64,000 nt of DNA from Leptonemataceae bacterium (GTDB taxonomy: Bacteria > Spirochaetota > Leptospiria > Leptospirales > Leptonemataceae), in assembly GCA_965227295.1 (NCBI GenBank), contig OZ245742.1, positions 3,776,001 through 3,840,000 of the forward strand, given 5' to 3'. Below are positions 42,911 through 52,765 of this stretch, in pieces (position 1 is the first letter of the stretch; the number at the start of each line of letters is the position of its first letter). Under the pieces are notes generated by a model. It was not told the origin of the DNA. It searched no databases and saw only the letters and a list, made by a program, of their open reading frames with translations. The position numbers were made by a program, and so were the translations under genes.

Positions 42911-44173
42911 GTGTATGCCGCGAATGACATCTGCTCGCTTCTGAACGCCGATGCGGCGCGGCCCGCTCGTTCGGTGATTGTCCTCGGTGCGTCGGGGAGC
43001 GTGGGCGGTTCCACCCTCGATTTTATCAAGGCCTGCCCCGGGGCCGGCATAACCCTCGCCGCGGTGAGCGTCCACGGCTCCATCAATAAACTGCGACGCA
43101 TCCTGAGCGAGCACGCGGTTCAACGCGCGGCGATTTCCTCGGAGCCGGTCTTTGCGCAACACGTCGACGCCCTGCGCCGGGACTTCCCGAATGTAACGTT
43201 CTACGGCGGCGACGCCGGGATGCTGGAGATGATCGCGGCGGCCGTGGCCGAAGACGACGCCGATACGATTCTGACCGCCGTGGTCGGCGCGGCCGGCATT
43301 CAGGCGACGATGCTCGCGCTCAAGCTCGGTCTCAAGATTGCTCTGGCAAACAAAGAGACCATGGTCACCGCGGGCCCGGCCATTGAGGCGTTGCTGCGCG
43401 AACGTATGGCCACGGAAGAGCCGGGGCGCTGTCCGGTCATACTGCCGGTGGACTCCGAACACAACGCCATCTTTCAACTCATCTATGCGTTGAAACCCGA
43501 GCATCTGAAGCGGGTCATCCTTACGGCCTCCGGCGGTCCGTTTCGCGACTGGCCCATCGAAAAACTCAAGGCCGGTGTGGATCGGGAGCAGGTGTTGAAT
43601 CATCCTACCTGGTCCATGGGGCCGAAGATCACCGTGGATTCCGCCGGCATGATCAACAAAGGCCTGGAACTGATCGAGGCGCATTATCTGTTTTCGCTGC
43701 CGTACGACCGGCTCGACGTGCTCATTCACAAGCACAGCCTGGTCCACGGACTGGCCGAAACTACCGACGGCGGCTATTTGATCTGCGCGTCCCGGCCGCA
43801 CATGGTCTTTCCGATCGCCCACGCCCTGTGTTATCCGAATCCCGTGCCCGTACCGCATGAACACGCCACCGAGCCGCAAACCTGGCCGGGCATCGAGTTC
43901 GAGCAGGTTTCGGAAGATCGTTATCCCGGCTTCTCGTTGTGTCTCCGGGCGGGACGGCGGGGCGGGACGGCTCCGGCCGTCCTCAACGCGGCCAACGAGG
44001 AAGCGGTGCGGCTCTTCCTGGAGGGCGCCGTCGGTTTCCACGACATTCCGCGACTCATCGAGCACTGCCTGGACGAGATTGATGTGCAAGATGGGACGGA
44101 GCTCGAAATTTTTCTGGAAGCGGACCGGCGGGCCCGGGAAGTTGCCGGAGAAGCGGCCCGATTGCGTCGATAG
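42911..44173 (+). CDS. dxr: 1-deoxy-D-xylulose-5-phosphate reductoisomerase (start approximate)
   Basis: LGASGSVG, LANKE, PVDSEH, TASGGPF, HPTWSMGPKITVDSA, NAANE. Confidence 0.95.
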   Translation: MYAANDICSLLNADAARPARSVIVLGASGSVGGSTLDFIKACPGAGITLAAVSVHGSINKLRRILSEHAVQRAAISSEPVFAQHVDALRRDFPNVTFYGGDAGMLEMIAAAVAEDDADTILTAVVGAAGIQATMLALKLGLKIALANKETMVTAGPAIEALLRERMATEEPGRCPVILPVDSEHNAIFQLIYALKPEHLKRVILTASGGPFRDWPIEKLKAGVDREQVLNHPTWSMGPKITVDSAGMINKGLELIEAHYLFSLPYDRLDVLIHKHSLVHGLAETTDGGYLICASRPHMVFPIAHALCYPNPVPVPHEHATEPQTWPGIEFEQVSEDRYPGFSLCLRAGRRGGTAPAVLNAANEEAVRLFLEGAVGFHDIPRLIEHCLDEIDVQDGTELEIFLEADRRAREVAGEAARLRR

Positions 44174-44214
44174 GCGTTTCCGCGGGCGCTGCATCCTGTT
44201 ATACTGAGACTACC

Positions 44215-45846
44215 ATGATTGTATTTATCCTCGGCGGCGCCCTGATGCTCGGGGTGTGCATCTTCATCCACGAACTCGGCCACTTTCTGTTCGGGAAGCT
44301 TGTCGGCGTCAAAGCCGAGGTCTTCTCGATGGGCTACGGCCGCGGCATCTGGAAAAAGAAGATCGGCGACACCACCTACCAGATCACCGCGATTCCCCTC
44401 GGCGGGTACGTAAAGTTCTACGGCGCCGAGGATATGGACCAGACCGAGAAGGTGCCCGGCGGCTTTTATACCGTGGGGCCCATCAAACGCATGGTCCCGG
44501 TACTCGGCGGCCCGTTGTTCAATCTCTTTCTGGGCGGTCTCATCTTCCTGCTGTTGCACAGCCTCTCCGGTCCCATCGCCCCGCGCATTCAACTGCTGAA
44601 TACCGTGGGCCGGGACGGCACGCCGGCCCACGAGGCCGGCCTTCAGAACGGCGACCTGGTGCAGTCCATCGACGGCCGGCCCACCCAGGATTTTCACGAC
44701 GTCGTGAAGGCCGTCGTTTTGTCCGAGGGCAAACCCCTGGATTTCGAAGTTCTCCGTAACAATGAATCCGTGCATGTTACGGTCAAACCCGACGTCGATT
44801 CCTCCGGCCGTTCCGCCATCGGCATTCGCATGCCGGGCGAGATGCGCCTCCAGGTGAACTATCCGAACTCCGACATGTGGTGGTACAACTTCGTGTCGAT
44901 CTTCGGGCCGGTGGAGCCGCCGCGTTCGTTACGCGCCATCGAGCATCTGCACGACGGCGACGTCATTCTGGCCGTGGAGGATCAGGACATTACTTCCGTA
45001 CGCGAGTTGCAGAAGGTTCTCGGCGAACATCACGGGCAAACCGTGAGCGTGCACGTGCGTCGGGAGAGCCTGCCCTGGCTCGCACCCTGGTTCGAACACG
45101 AGACCACTGTCGAAGTTCCGTCCTCGGGTGAGTACATCATTCACCTGCGCGATGTTGTGGATGCGAAGTACGGTCGAAAGATCGGCGATCAGTTTCTCGC
45201 GTCCACGTTTCCGGAGCATCAAAAGCGATTGTCCGAGATCTGGATCGACGGCAAGCAACCCGGTTCGTTCCCGAACCTGGCGGAGCGATTCGCCGCGGGC
45301 CGTCGGGTATCTGTAAGCATGGGCGGCAAATCTGCGGGGCAGGGTGGCCACAGCTACGAAGCCTTCGTCGAGGCCGAAAAAACCGGCGTACTGGGTTTCA
45401 TGCCCGGCGCGGTCATTCAGGGCGATTACCTCGACAACCACGAGTCCTTCACCGGCGTTCTGGCCGCGGCCTATCAGGACACCGTGAAGAACATCATGAT
45501 CTATCCCACGTTCTTCGGCAGCCTGTTTTCAGGACGCGTCTCGTTCATCGACAACGCCGCGGGCCCGGTGCGCATCTTCGGTGCGGCCGGCATGCTGATG
45601 AAGTCGGATTACCAGAACTACCTCCAACTATTCGCGGCCATTTCGATCGCGCTGTTCATCATGAACCTGATCCCGTTTCCGATCGTGGACGGCGGGCACA
45701 TCGTGTTCTTTCTCTACGAGGCCATTGCGGGCAAACCCGTTTCACCGCGGGTGATGGAAGCCATTTACCGCGTGGCGTTCTCGATGATTCTATTCCTCGG
45801 TCTCTGGATCATGTACCGCGACGTGATCTGGTTTATCGGACTTTAG
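44215..45846 (+). CDS. rseP: RIP metalloprotease RseP (M50, PDZ domains)
   Basis: HELGH, GGYVK, GPLFN, NLIPFPIVDGG. Confidence 0.92.
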   Translation: MIVFILGGALMLGVCIFIHELGHFLFGKLVGVKAEVFSMGYGRGIWKKKIGDTTYQITAIPLGGYVKFYGAEDMDQTEKVPGGFYTVGPIKRMVPVLGGPLFNLFLGGLIFLLLHSLSGPIAPRIQLLNTVGRDGTPAHEAGLQNGDLVQSIDGRPTQDFHDVVKAVVLSEGKPLDFEVLRNNESVHVTVKPDVDSSGRSAIGIRMPGEMRLQVNYPNSDMWWYNFVSIFGPVEPPRSLRAIEHLHDGDVILAVEDQDITSVRELQKVLGEHHGQTVSVHVRRESLPWLAPWFEHETTVEVPSSGEYIIHLRDVVDAKYGRKIGDQFLASTFPEHQKRLSEIWIDGKQPGSFPNLAERFAAGRRVSVSMGGKSAGQGGHSYEAFVEAEKTGVLGFMPGAVIQGDYLDNHESFTGVLAAAYQDTVKNIMIYPTFFGSLFSGRVSFIDNAAGPVRIFGAAGMLMKSDYQNYLQLFAAISIALFIMNLIPFPIVDGGHIVFFLYEAIAGKPVSPRVMEAIYRVAFSMILFLGLWIMYRDVIWFIGL

Positions 45847-45854
45847 GTTCACCT

Positions 45855-47636
45855 ATGCAGGCAACTCACACTGTTATCGCCACTCTGCGTGACGATCCGG
45901 GTGACGCGGTGGTCGCGTCGCATCGACTCATGTTGCGCTCCGGTCTGGCCCGTAAGCAGGGCTCCGGTCTCTACTCGTTTCTCCCGCTCGGCCTGCGCGT
46001 AATGCGCAAGATTGAGCAGGTCATTCGTGAAGAGATGGAGGCGGCCGGGGCCGTCGAAGTGCTGCTGCCCATCTTGACGCCGGCGGAACTCTGGGAAGAG
46101 TCCGGGCGCTGGACGAAAATGGGCAAAGAGATGTTCCGGGTCAAAGATCGTCACGAGGTGATGAACGCCCTCGGGCCCACCCACGAGGAGTCCATGACTT
46201 CGCTCGTGAAAGATTTGATTCGCTCGCATCGCGATCTGCCGCTCAACATCTACCAGATGCACACGAAGTTTCGCGACGAGATCCGTCCGCGCTTCGGCGT
46301 CATTCGATCGCGGGAATTCGTCATGAAGGACTCGTACTCCTTCGACCTCGACGAAGCCGGCCTGGAAAACACGTATCAGAAGATGCGCATCGCCTATCGC
46401 CGTGTGTTTGCCCGCCTGGGGCTGCGTACGGTTCCGGTGGAGGCGGACTCCGGTGCCATGGGCGGTACCGGTTCCGAAGAATTCATGGTCCCGTCGGAGA
46501 TCGGCGAGGAAACGCTGCTGCTTTCGGAGAGCGAAAGTTACCGCTCGAACAGCGAGAAGACGCCGGTCGTGTACACAGACATCGTTGACGAAGCCAGAGC
46601 GAAACCCACGCAGGAACTCTCCGAACTGGAAAAGCTGCATACACCGAACGTCAAGACCATCGAAGACCTGGCGAAGTTTCTCGAAGTCCGGCCGGCGCAG
46701 ATTCTCAAAACGGTCCTGTACATGATCGACGGGCAGCCCACGGCCGTGTGCATCCGCGGCGACCGGGACGTGAACGAAATCAAACTCGCGAACGTAACTT
46801 CGGCGCAGGAGATCTTAGCGGCGAGCCCCGAGGAAATCAAACAGGCCGGCTCGGTGGCCGGTTTCATCGGCCCCCTGGGCATTGCGAAGGACGTCAGGAT
46901 TCTATGGGACACCTCGCTGCAAACCGGCGAAGCCTGGATCATCGGCGCCAACGAGGTCGACTATCACTACAAAGGCTGTGTTCTGGATCCGCAGCGCGAA
47001 AGCGCGGACCTGGGCCTGGCGCGTGCCGGTGATCCGGCTCCCAACGGCGACGGCCTGCTCAAAGAAATCAAGGGCATCGAGGTCGGGCACATCTTCAAAC
47101 TCGGCTACAAGTACACGGACGCCTTCAAGCTCACCGTACAGAACGAGGACGGCAAGGCCGTGAAACCCATCATGGGGACCTACGGCATCGGCGTGAATCG
47201 AACCCTCGCTACGATCATTGAGCAGTGGCACGACGATAAAGGCATTACCTGGCCCGTCAGCGCGGCGCCGTTCGAGATTTGTTTGATCAGCATCACGGGC
47301 AAAGACCCGCAGCAGCGCGAGCGTGAGTTGACCCAGGCCCGGGAACTCTACGCGGCGCTGAAAGATGCCGGCTGTGACGTCCTCTGGGACGATCGCGATC
47401 TGCGGCCCGGGGTGAAGTTCGCGGACTCCGAGTTGATCGGCTATCCGATCCGCCTGACCATGGGCAAAAAGTTCTTTCAGGACGGAGAGCTGGAAGTCCT
47501 GCTGCGTTCGAAGGACGAGCAGAGCGTACTTAAGGGCAGTAGCGTGCGGGAACTCGTGCCGCAAATCCTGCGCCTGCGTGAAAAACTCTACGACGATTTA
47601 CGGCAGCTCCTGGAGCAGCAGATCGAAGTCGGCTGA
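45855..47636 (+). CDS. proS: Proline-tRNA ligase (with editing insertion)
   Basis: LGPTHEE, FRDEIRPRFG, IEVGHIFKLG, YGIG. Confidence 0.97.
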   Translation: MQATHTVIATLRDDPGDAVVASHRLMLRSGLARKQGSGLYSFLPLGLRVMRKIEQVIREEMEAAGAVEVLLPILTPAELWEESGRWTKMGKEMFRVKDRHEVMNALGPTHEESMTSLVKDLIRSHRDLPLNIYQMHTKFRDEIRPRFGVIRSREFVMKDSYSFDLDEAGLENTYQKMRIAYRRVFARLGLRTVPVEADSGAMGGTGSEEFMVPSEIGEETLLLSESESYRSNSEKTPVVYTDIVDEARAKPTQELSELEKLHTPNVKTIEDLAKFLEVRPAQILKTVLYMIDGQPTAVCIRGDRDVNEIKLANVTSAQEILAASPEEIKQAGSVAGFIGPLGIAKDVRILWDTSLQTGEAWIIGANEVDYHYKGCVLDPQRESADLGLARAGDPAPNGDGLLKEIKGIEVGHIFKLGYKYTDAFKLTVQNEDGKAVKPIMGTYGIGVNRTLATIIEQWHDDKGITWPVSAAPFEICLISITGKDPQQRERELTQARELYAALKDAGCDVLWDDRDLRPGVKFADSELIGYPIRLTMGKKFFQDGELEVLLRSKDEQSVLKGSSVRELVPQILRLREKLYDDLRQLLEQQIEVG

Positions 47637-47664
47637 ATACTAATTTTATGTGAGAGTAAGTTAG

Positions 47665-48882
47665 ATGAGCACGGAAACACAGATCCAGAACGCCGCCGGC
47701 GAAACCGCGGGTTTCTTCGGCGAATTCGGCGGGCGTTACAGTCCCGAGGTCCTCATGCCGGCCCTGGAAGACCTGGAACAGACTTACTATCGCCTGAAAG
47801 GCGATCCGAAGTTCCAGGAAGAGCTGGCGTTGCTCTCGTCGGAGTACGCCGGCCGTCCTTCGAAACTCACGTTTGCGCCGCGGCTCACGGAGGCCTGGGG
47901 CGGGGCGGAGATCTGGCTCAAACGGGAAGATCTGAACCACACCGGCTCGCATAAAATCAACAATGCCCTGGGCCAGGCGTTGCTTACGGTCGCCATGAAC
48001 AAACCGCGCGTGATCGCGGAGACCGGGGCCGGTCAGCACGGCGTCGCCACCGCCACGGTGGCCGCGCGCTTCGGCCTGGAGTGCACTGTCTACATGGGCG
48101 CCGAGGACGTGCGCCGCCAGAAACTCAACGTCTTTCGCATGGAACTGTTGGGCGCCGAGGTCATTCCGGTGGAATCGGGAACGGCCACATTGAAGGACGC
48201 CACGAACGAAGCGATGCGGGATTGGTCGAAGAACGTGGCCAACACGCATTACATCATCGGCTCGGCGGTAGGCCCGCATCCCTTTCCGACGATCGTGCGC
48301 GACTTCCAGGCAGTGATGTCGCTGGAAGCGCGGCAGCAAATGCTCGAACGTGCCGGCGCCTTGCCGGATGCGGTCATCGCGTGTGTCGGCGGCGGATCGA
48401 ATGCCATCGGCATCTTTCATCATTTTGTACCCGACGAGGGCGTGCGGCTCTTCGGCACCGAAGCCGGCGGTCGCGGCGACGATCTCGGCGATAACAGCGC
48501 CAGCGTGAACTTCGGCCAGGTCGGTTACTTCCACGGCACGAAGTCGCTCTACATTCAACACGGCAACGGCCAGATCGAAAACGTACACAGCGTTTCGGCG
48601 GGCCTGGACTATCCCGGCGTCGGTCCGGAGCACGCGTACCTGGCTGTCACCGGGCGCGCGGAGTACCGTCGCGTGCGAGACGATATCGCGCTCGAAGCGT
48701 TTCAGGAAGTGTCGCGCCTGGAAGGCATCCTGCCGGCCCTGGAAACGGCGCACAGTTTTGCGCTGGCAAAAGAGCTCGCACCGCAACTCGGCAAGGACAA
48801 GCGCATCCTGGTTTGTGTCAGCGGTCGCGGTGACAAAGACGTCATCGAGGTGGCGCGGCTTCTGGGGCGGGAGGTACTATGA
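47665..48882 (+). CDS. trpB: Tryptophan synthase beta chain
   Basis: [41 protein letters not shown]. Confidence 0.98.
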   Translation: MSTETQIQNAAGETAGFFGEFGGRYSPEVLMPALEDLEQTYYRLKGDPKFQEELALLSSEYAGRPSKLTFAPRLTEAWGGAEIWLKREDLNHTGSHKINNALGQALLTVAMNKPRVIAETGAGQHGVATATVAARFGLECTVYMGAEDVRRQKLNVFRMELLGAEVIPVESGTATLKDATNEAMRDWSKNVANTHYIIGSAVGPHPFPTIVRDFQAVMSLEARQQMLERAGALPDAVIACVGGGSNAIGIFHHFVPDEGVRLFGTEAGGRGDDLGDNSASVNFGQVGYFHGTKSLYIQHGNGQIENVHSVSAGLDYPGVGPEHAYLAVTGRAEYRRVRDDIALEAFQEVSRLEGILPALETAHSFALAKELAPQLGKDKRILVCVSGRGDKDVIEVARLLGREVL

Positions 48883-49793
48883 GCACCGTCATGAATATGA
48901 AACTCAACGAATACATTCAAACTCGCGCCCGGGAACGCGGCGGCTCCGTATACATGCCGTATCTTACCCTCGGCGATCCGAACTACGAATGCAGCGTGGA
49001 GTTCGCCATCGGCATGATCGATGCCGGCGCGGACATTCTCGAACTCGGCATCCCGTTCAGCGATCCGACCGCGGACGGCCCGGTGGTCCAGGCGGCGATG
49101 ACGCGCGCCCTGGATCGAAACGAGTTTTCCATGAGCACAATCTTCGATGTGGCACGACGCATTCACGAGGCGCGGCCGGACGTACCGCTCACGTTTCTGA
49201 GTTACATGAATCCCATCCTGAACGGAGTGCCCCTGCCGGACGGTCGAAACGCGGGCACCCTGGATCTCACGCAGTCGAATCCCACCGGGCGGCTCCGCTA
49301 CGACGCGCGTCTGGGCATGGAAGCTTTCTTGAAAGAATGCCGCCGATCTGGAATCCGCGGCCTCGTGATTCCGGACCTGCCGTTTGATCAGCCGGAGTCT
49401 GCAATCTTGCGTGAGCTGGGGCCGCAATACGGAGTCGATCAGATTCTTATGGTGGCGCCGAATACCGGTGACGCGCGCCTGGTGGCCGTCTGCGAGGCGG
49501 CGCGGGGTTTCATCTACTACGTCACGAGCCTCGGGGTCACCGGCATGCGGTCTGATTTGCCGGAGGACCTGAAAGATCGGATCCGCCTCGTCCAGGAACG
49601 TTCGGGGCTGCCGGTACTGGCCGGTTTCGGTTTCAGTGAGCCTTCCCAGGCGCAAAAGCTGAGCGGGATCGTGGACGGCATCATCGTGGGCAGCCTCAAT
49701 CAGCGGATCATCGGGGAGCATGGTGAGAACTCGCGGGAGCACCTGATGGAAATCACCCGCGAATTTGCGGCGGCGTGCGGTTCCCGGGCCTGA
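48879..49793 (+). CDS. trpA: Tryptophan synthase alpha chain (with internal insertion)
   Basis: [27 protein letters not shown]. Confidence 0.95.
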   Translation: MSTVMNMKLNEYIQTRARERGGSVYMPYLTLGDPNYECSVEFAIGMIDAGADILELGIPFSDPTADGPVVQAAMTRALDRNEFSMSTIFDVARRIHEARPDVPLTFLSYMNPILNGVPLPDGRNAGTLDLTQSNPTGRLRYDARLGMEAFLKECRRSGIRGLVIPDLPFDQPESAILRELGPQYGVDQILMVAPNTGDARLVAVCEAARGFIYYVTSLGVTGMRSDLPEDLKDRIRLVQERSGLPVLAGFGFSEPSQAQKLSGIVDGIIVGSLNQRIIGEHGENSREHLMEITREFAAACGSRA

Positions 49794-49920
49794 CGGGAGC
49801 GGGGCGTTCGACGGACTGCGCTCCCGGGGGACCGAATACCGGCACCCGCGTCGCAGTTCATTGTACAAACTTCCGGGAAAAATTGTTGTAAATACCGGGG
49901 GCGAAGCGGAGGTTTTCCCA

Positions 49921-52764
49921 ATGCACCTGCGTCAGGTTCTCTCGCTCGTACTGATCGGCGTTTCCGTTGTCGTTTTCATACTCATTCCGTTTCTGTACGT
50001 CGGCAACATCATCCAGCTCTGGTCCTTCGATCCGGACCTTCATAAGTGGCTGGTCAGCTTCTTCCAGGAAGTATACTTCACCGTCATTCTGGGCATGCTG
50101 GCCCTGGGGATCTATCTCTTCATTCAGCATCGCATCGAGGACAGCGATTCCAAGACGCTGACCGGCGGCGACTACGGCTGGATCGGTGCTTCGGCCGTGG
50201 CTTTGATTCTCTATGTGCTCGCTTACGCCGCCACCGAGGATTACGCTTCCATCTTCAAGACGGTCTATGCCGTCATCCCGTTCCTTGACTACGGAAATTA
50301 CTACATCGGCGACAACACGAGCCTGGGTGTACTCAGCCCCGATCTGCACACGTTTGTGTTGTGGATGTCGTTCTTCGTGATTGTGATGGGCGTCGTCCAT
50401 TTGTTCAATTCGTTCAACCGCATCGGCCTGGATCGCAAGAAGTACGGCGCGCTGCTGATCAACCTGCTCATCGCATTATTGCTCGGTCTCTTTCTCTTAA
50501 AGGTGCCGGCGTTCTACATTCTCGAAGAGAACGCCATCTCCGAACGTTATCTCGGCATGCGCAGTTTCGCCGGGCGCACCGAATTCGTCGGCGGCGGCTG
50601 GGAACTGCCGTACTGCATCGACCCGGAATCGAAGCGGGACTTCGAAAACGAACTGGCCGCGGAACGCGAGCGCGTGAAAGCCGAGGGTGGTTTCGTACAT
50701 GAGCCCTCCGGTTATCCGATTCCCCCCGGCATTCGTGACGACATCGCCATCATCGGCATTACGGACCGGGACATCGAAGCGAGTAACAACCAGTGGCCTC
50801 TCGACTGGGGAGTCTACGCGAGCATCACGGACGGCATGTCCGGCATCGAAGGGACCACGACGGTCTTTGACATCAGCTTCATCGACGAAAAGGGCGTCTT
50901 CGGCGGCGAGAGCTGCGGGCGCACGATTTCCTGCGAGCCCCTTGCCGGCGGCAAGGCCCGTCGCCAGGTGGACGTCCTGGCCGAGAGCGTGCGGAATTCC
51001 GAACAGTTGGTCGTAGCTGACTACCCGGTTGAAGTTTCGTCCGTGTCCCTCGATAAACTCGTGGACTACGAAAACCGCGTGCGCGTGCTTCGGGAGCGGA
51101 CCGGTATTAAGAACGTAAAGAACGGCGAATACGCGCCCATCCAGGCGACGTTGCCCAAACCACCGGTCACATCCATCGGCGAGGAACTGGACACGCAGGG
51201 TTTTGCGAATGTCTTCATCGACCCGCGGACGAAAGTAAACCGGAAGGTGCCGCTGGTCTTGCGAGTCCCGCGCATCGAGCGCTTTCGTACGGATACCTAT
51301 ACGCCCGTTGTAGATGACGACTTTTTCCCCGGCATGGCCCTGGCCACGACTCTCGCCTACTACGGCGTCGATCCCGTGAACGACGTCGAAGTGGACTTTC
51401 TGAACGGCTACGTCAAAATCAAAAACATCCCCGAGAAGTTTACGGAAGAACTGAACTTCGATACCGGCCAGATGGAACGCATCGACATCATGGCGCGGCC
51501 GAATCCCGAGCGCACCGTTACGATCCCCATGGATACGGACGGCCTCATGAACATCAACTTTCGCGGCGGCCGCTACTGCTTTCCGTATCACCAGATCCTG
51601 CCCGTCGCGCGCGGGGAGATCGACCCCGTCGAAATGCAGAAGGACTTCGAGGGCAAGATCATCCTCGTGGCCATGTACTACGCCACCGGTGTCTCCACCG
51701 CGCAGGATATTCACTTGAGTCCGTACGGAACCATGGCGGGGATCGAACACCAGGCCTATGCCATCAACACGATCCTGAACCAGGACTTCGCGCATTCCGT
51801 GCCGCCTCTCGTGAACCTGGTCATTTTGCTCGTGATTGCCCTCGTCACCGGTTTCTTTCAGCCCCGGGTCGCCACCTGGCTGAGCATCGCGGTATCCGCG
51901 GGCATCTTTCTCATCTACTACGTCGTAACGGTTTATGTTTCCTTCGATATCTTTAGCTATCTGCACATTCTCTGGACGGTGGGTATCGAGCAGGTGCTCA
52001 TGCTGATCGCCTTCGTTGTATTCCGGGTCCTTGCCGAAGAAGAAAACGTGAAGTTCATTCGCGGGACGTTCTCGAAGTTCGTTTCGCAGGATGTTGTGGA
52101 TGAACTCCTGGCGAATCCCGCCGCCATCGCTCTGGGGGGATCGAAGCGGGAAGTCTCGGTCTTTTTCTCGGACGTCCGCGGTTTTACGACGATCTCCGAG
52201 GCCCTGGGACCGGAAGAACTCGTCCAATTGCTCAACGAGTACCTCTCCGAGATGACGGAGTTGATCATCCACTATCGCGGCACCATCGATAAGTACATGG
52301 GCGACGCCATTATGGCGTTCTGGGGCGCTCCGGTGGAGAATCCAGACCACGCTTACTACACCTGCGTCGCGGCCATCGCCCAGTATCGCGCGCTCCAGAC
52401 GATGAAGACCGGCTGGGCCGAGAAGGGTACGACGCAGCTCGACATCGGCATCGGCATCAATACCGGCATGGCGGTCGTGGGAAACATGGGTTCTTCTCGT
52501 CGAATGGACTATACTCTCATGGGCGACACCGTGAACCTCGGATCCCGTCTGGAAGGCATCACGAAAACCTACGGAGTCAAGATTGTGATCTCGGAATTTA
52601 CATATGAGCGGGTCAAGGATCGAGTGTGGGCCCGGGAGCTCGACCTGGTGCAGGTGAAGGGCAAAAACGAACCCGTGCGGATTTACGAACTCATGGGACT
52701 CAAGGACGATGCGGACATTGAACGCCTTCGAGATGTGAAAGAATCGACGGCCGCGGCGAGCTAA
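49921..52764 (+). CDS. Membrane CHASE2-type class III adenylate cyclase
   Basis: Multiple N-terminal TMs; HLSPYG.MAGIEH CHASE2 end; FSDVRGFT, IDKYMGDAIMA, GDTVNLGSRLEG. Confidence 0.92.
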   Translation: MHLRQVLSLVLIGVSVVVFILIPFLYVGNIIQLWSFDPDLHKWLVSFFQEVYFTVILGMLALGIYLFIQHRIEDSDSKTLTGGDYGWIGASAVALILYVLAYAATEDYASIFKTVYAVIPFLDYGNYYIGDNTSLGVLSPDLHTFVLWMSFFVIVMGVVHLFNSFNRIGLDRKKYGALLINLLIALLLGLFLLKVPAFYILEENAISERYLGMRSFAGRTEFVGGGWELPYCIDPESKRDFENELAAERERVKAEGGFVHEPSGYPIPPGIRDDIAIIGITDRDIEASNNQWPLDWGVYASITDGMSGIEGTTTVFDISFIDEKGVFGGESCGRTISCEPLAGGKARRQVDVLAESVRNSEQLVVADYPVEVSSVSLDKLVDYENRVRVLRERTGIKNVKNGEYAPIQATLPKPPVTSIGEELDTQGFANVFIDPRTKVNRKVPLVLRVPRIERFRTDTYTPVVDDDFFPGMALATTLAYYGVDPVNDVEVDFLNGYVKIKNIPEKFTEELNFDTGQMERIDIMARPNPERTVTIPMDTDGLMNINFRGGRYCFPYHQILPVARGEIDPVEMQKDFEGKIILVAMYYATGVSTAQDIHLSPYGTMAGIEHQAYAINTILNQDFAHSVPPLVNLVILLVIALVTGFFQPRVATWLSIAVSAGIFLIYYVVTVYVSFDIFSYLHILWTVGIEQVLMLIAFVVFRVLAEEENVKFIRGTFSKFVSQDVVDELLANPAAIALGGSKREVSVFFSDVRGFTTISEALGPEELVQLLNEYLSEMTELIIHYRGTIDKYMGDAIMAFWGAPVENPDHAYYTCVAAIAQYRALQTMKTGWAEKGTTQLDIGIGINTGMAVVGNMGSSRRMDYTLMGDTVNLGSRLEGITKTYGVKIVISEFTYERVKDRVWARELDLVQVKGKNEPVRIYELMGLKDDADIERLRDVKESTAAAS

Positions 52765-52765
52765 G

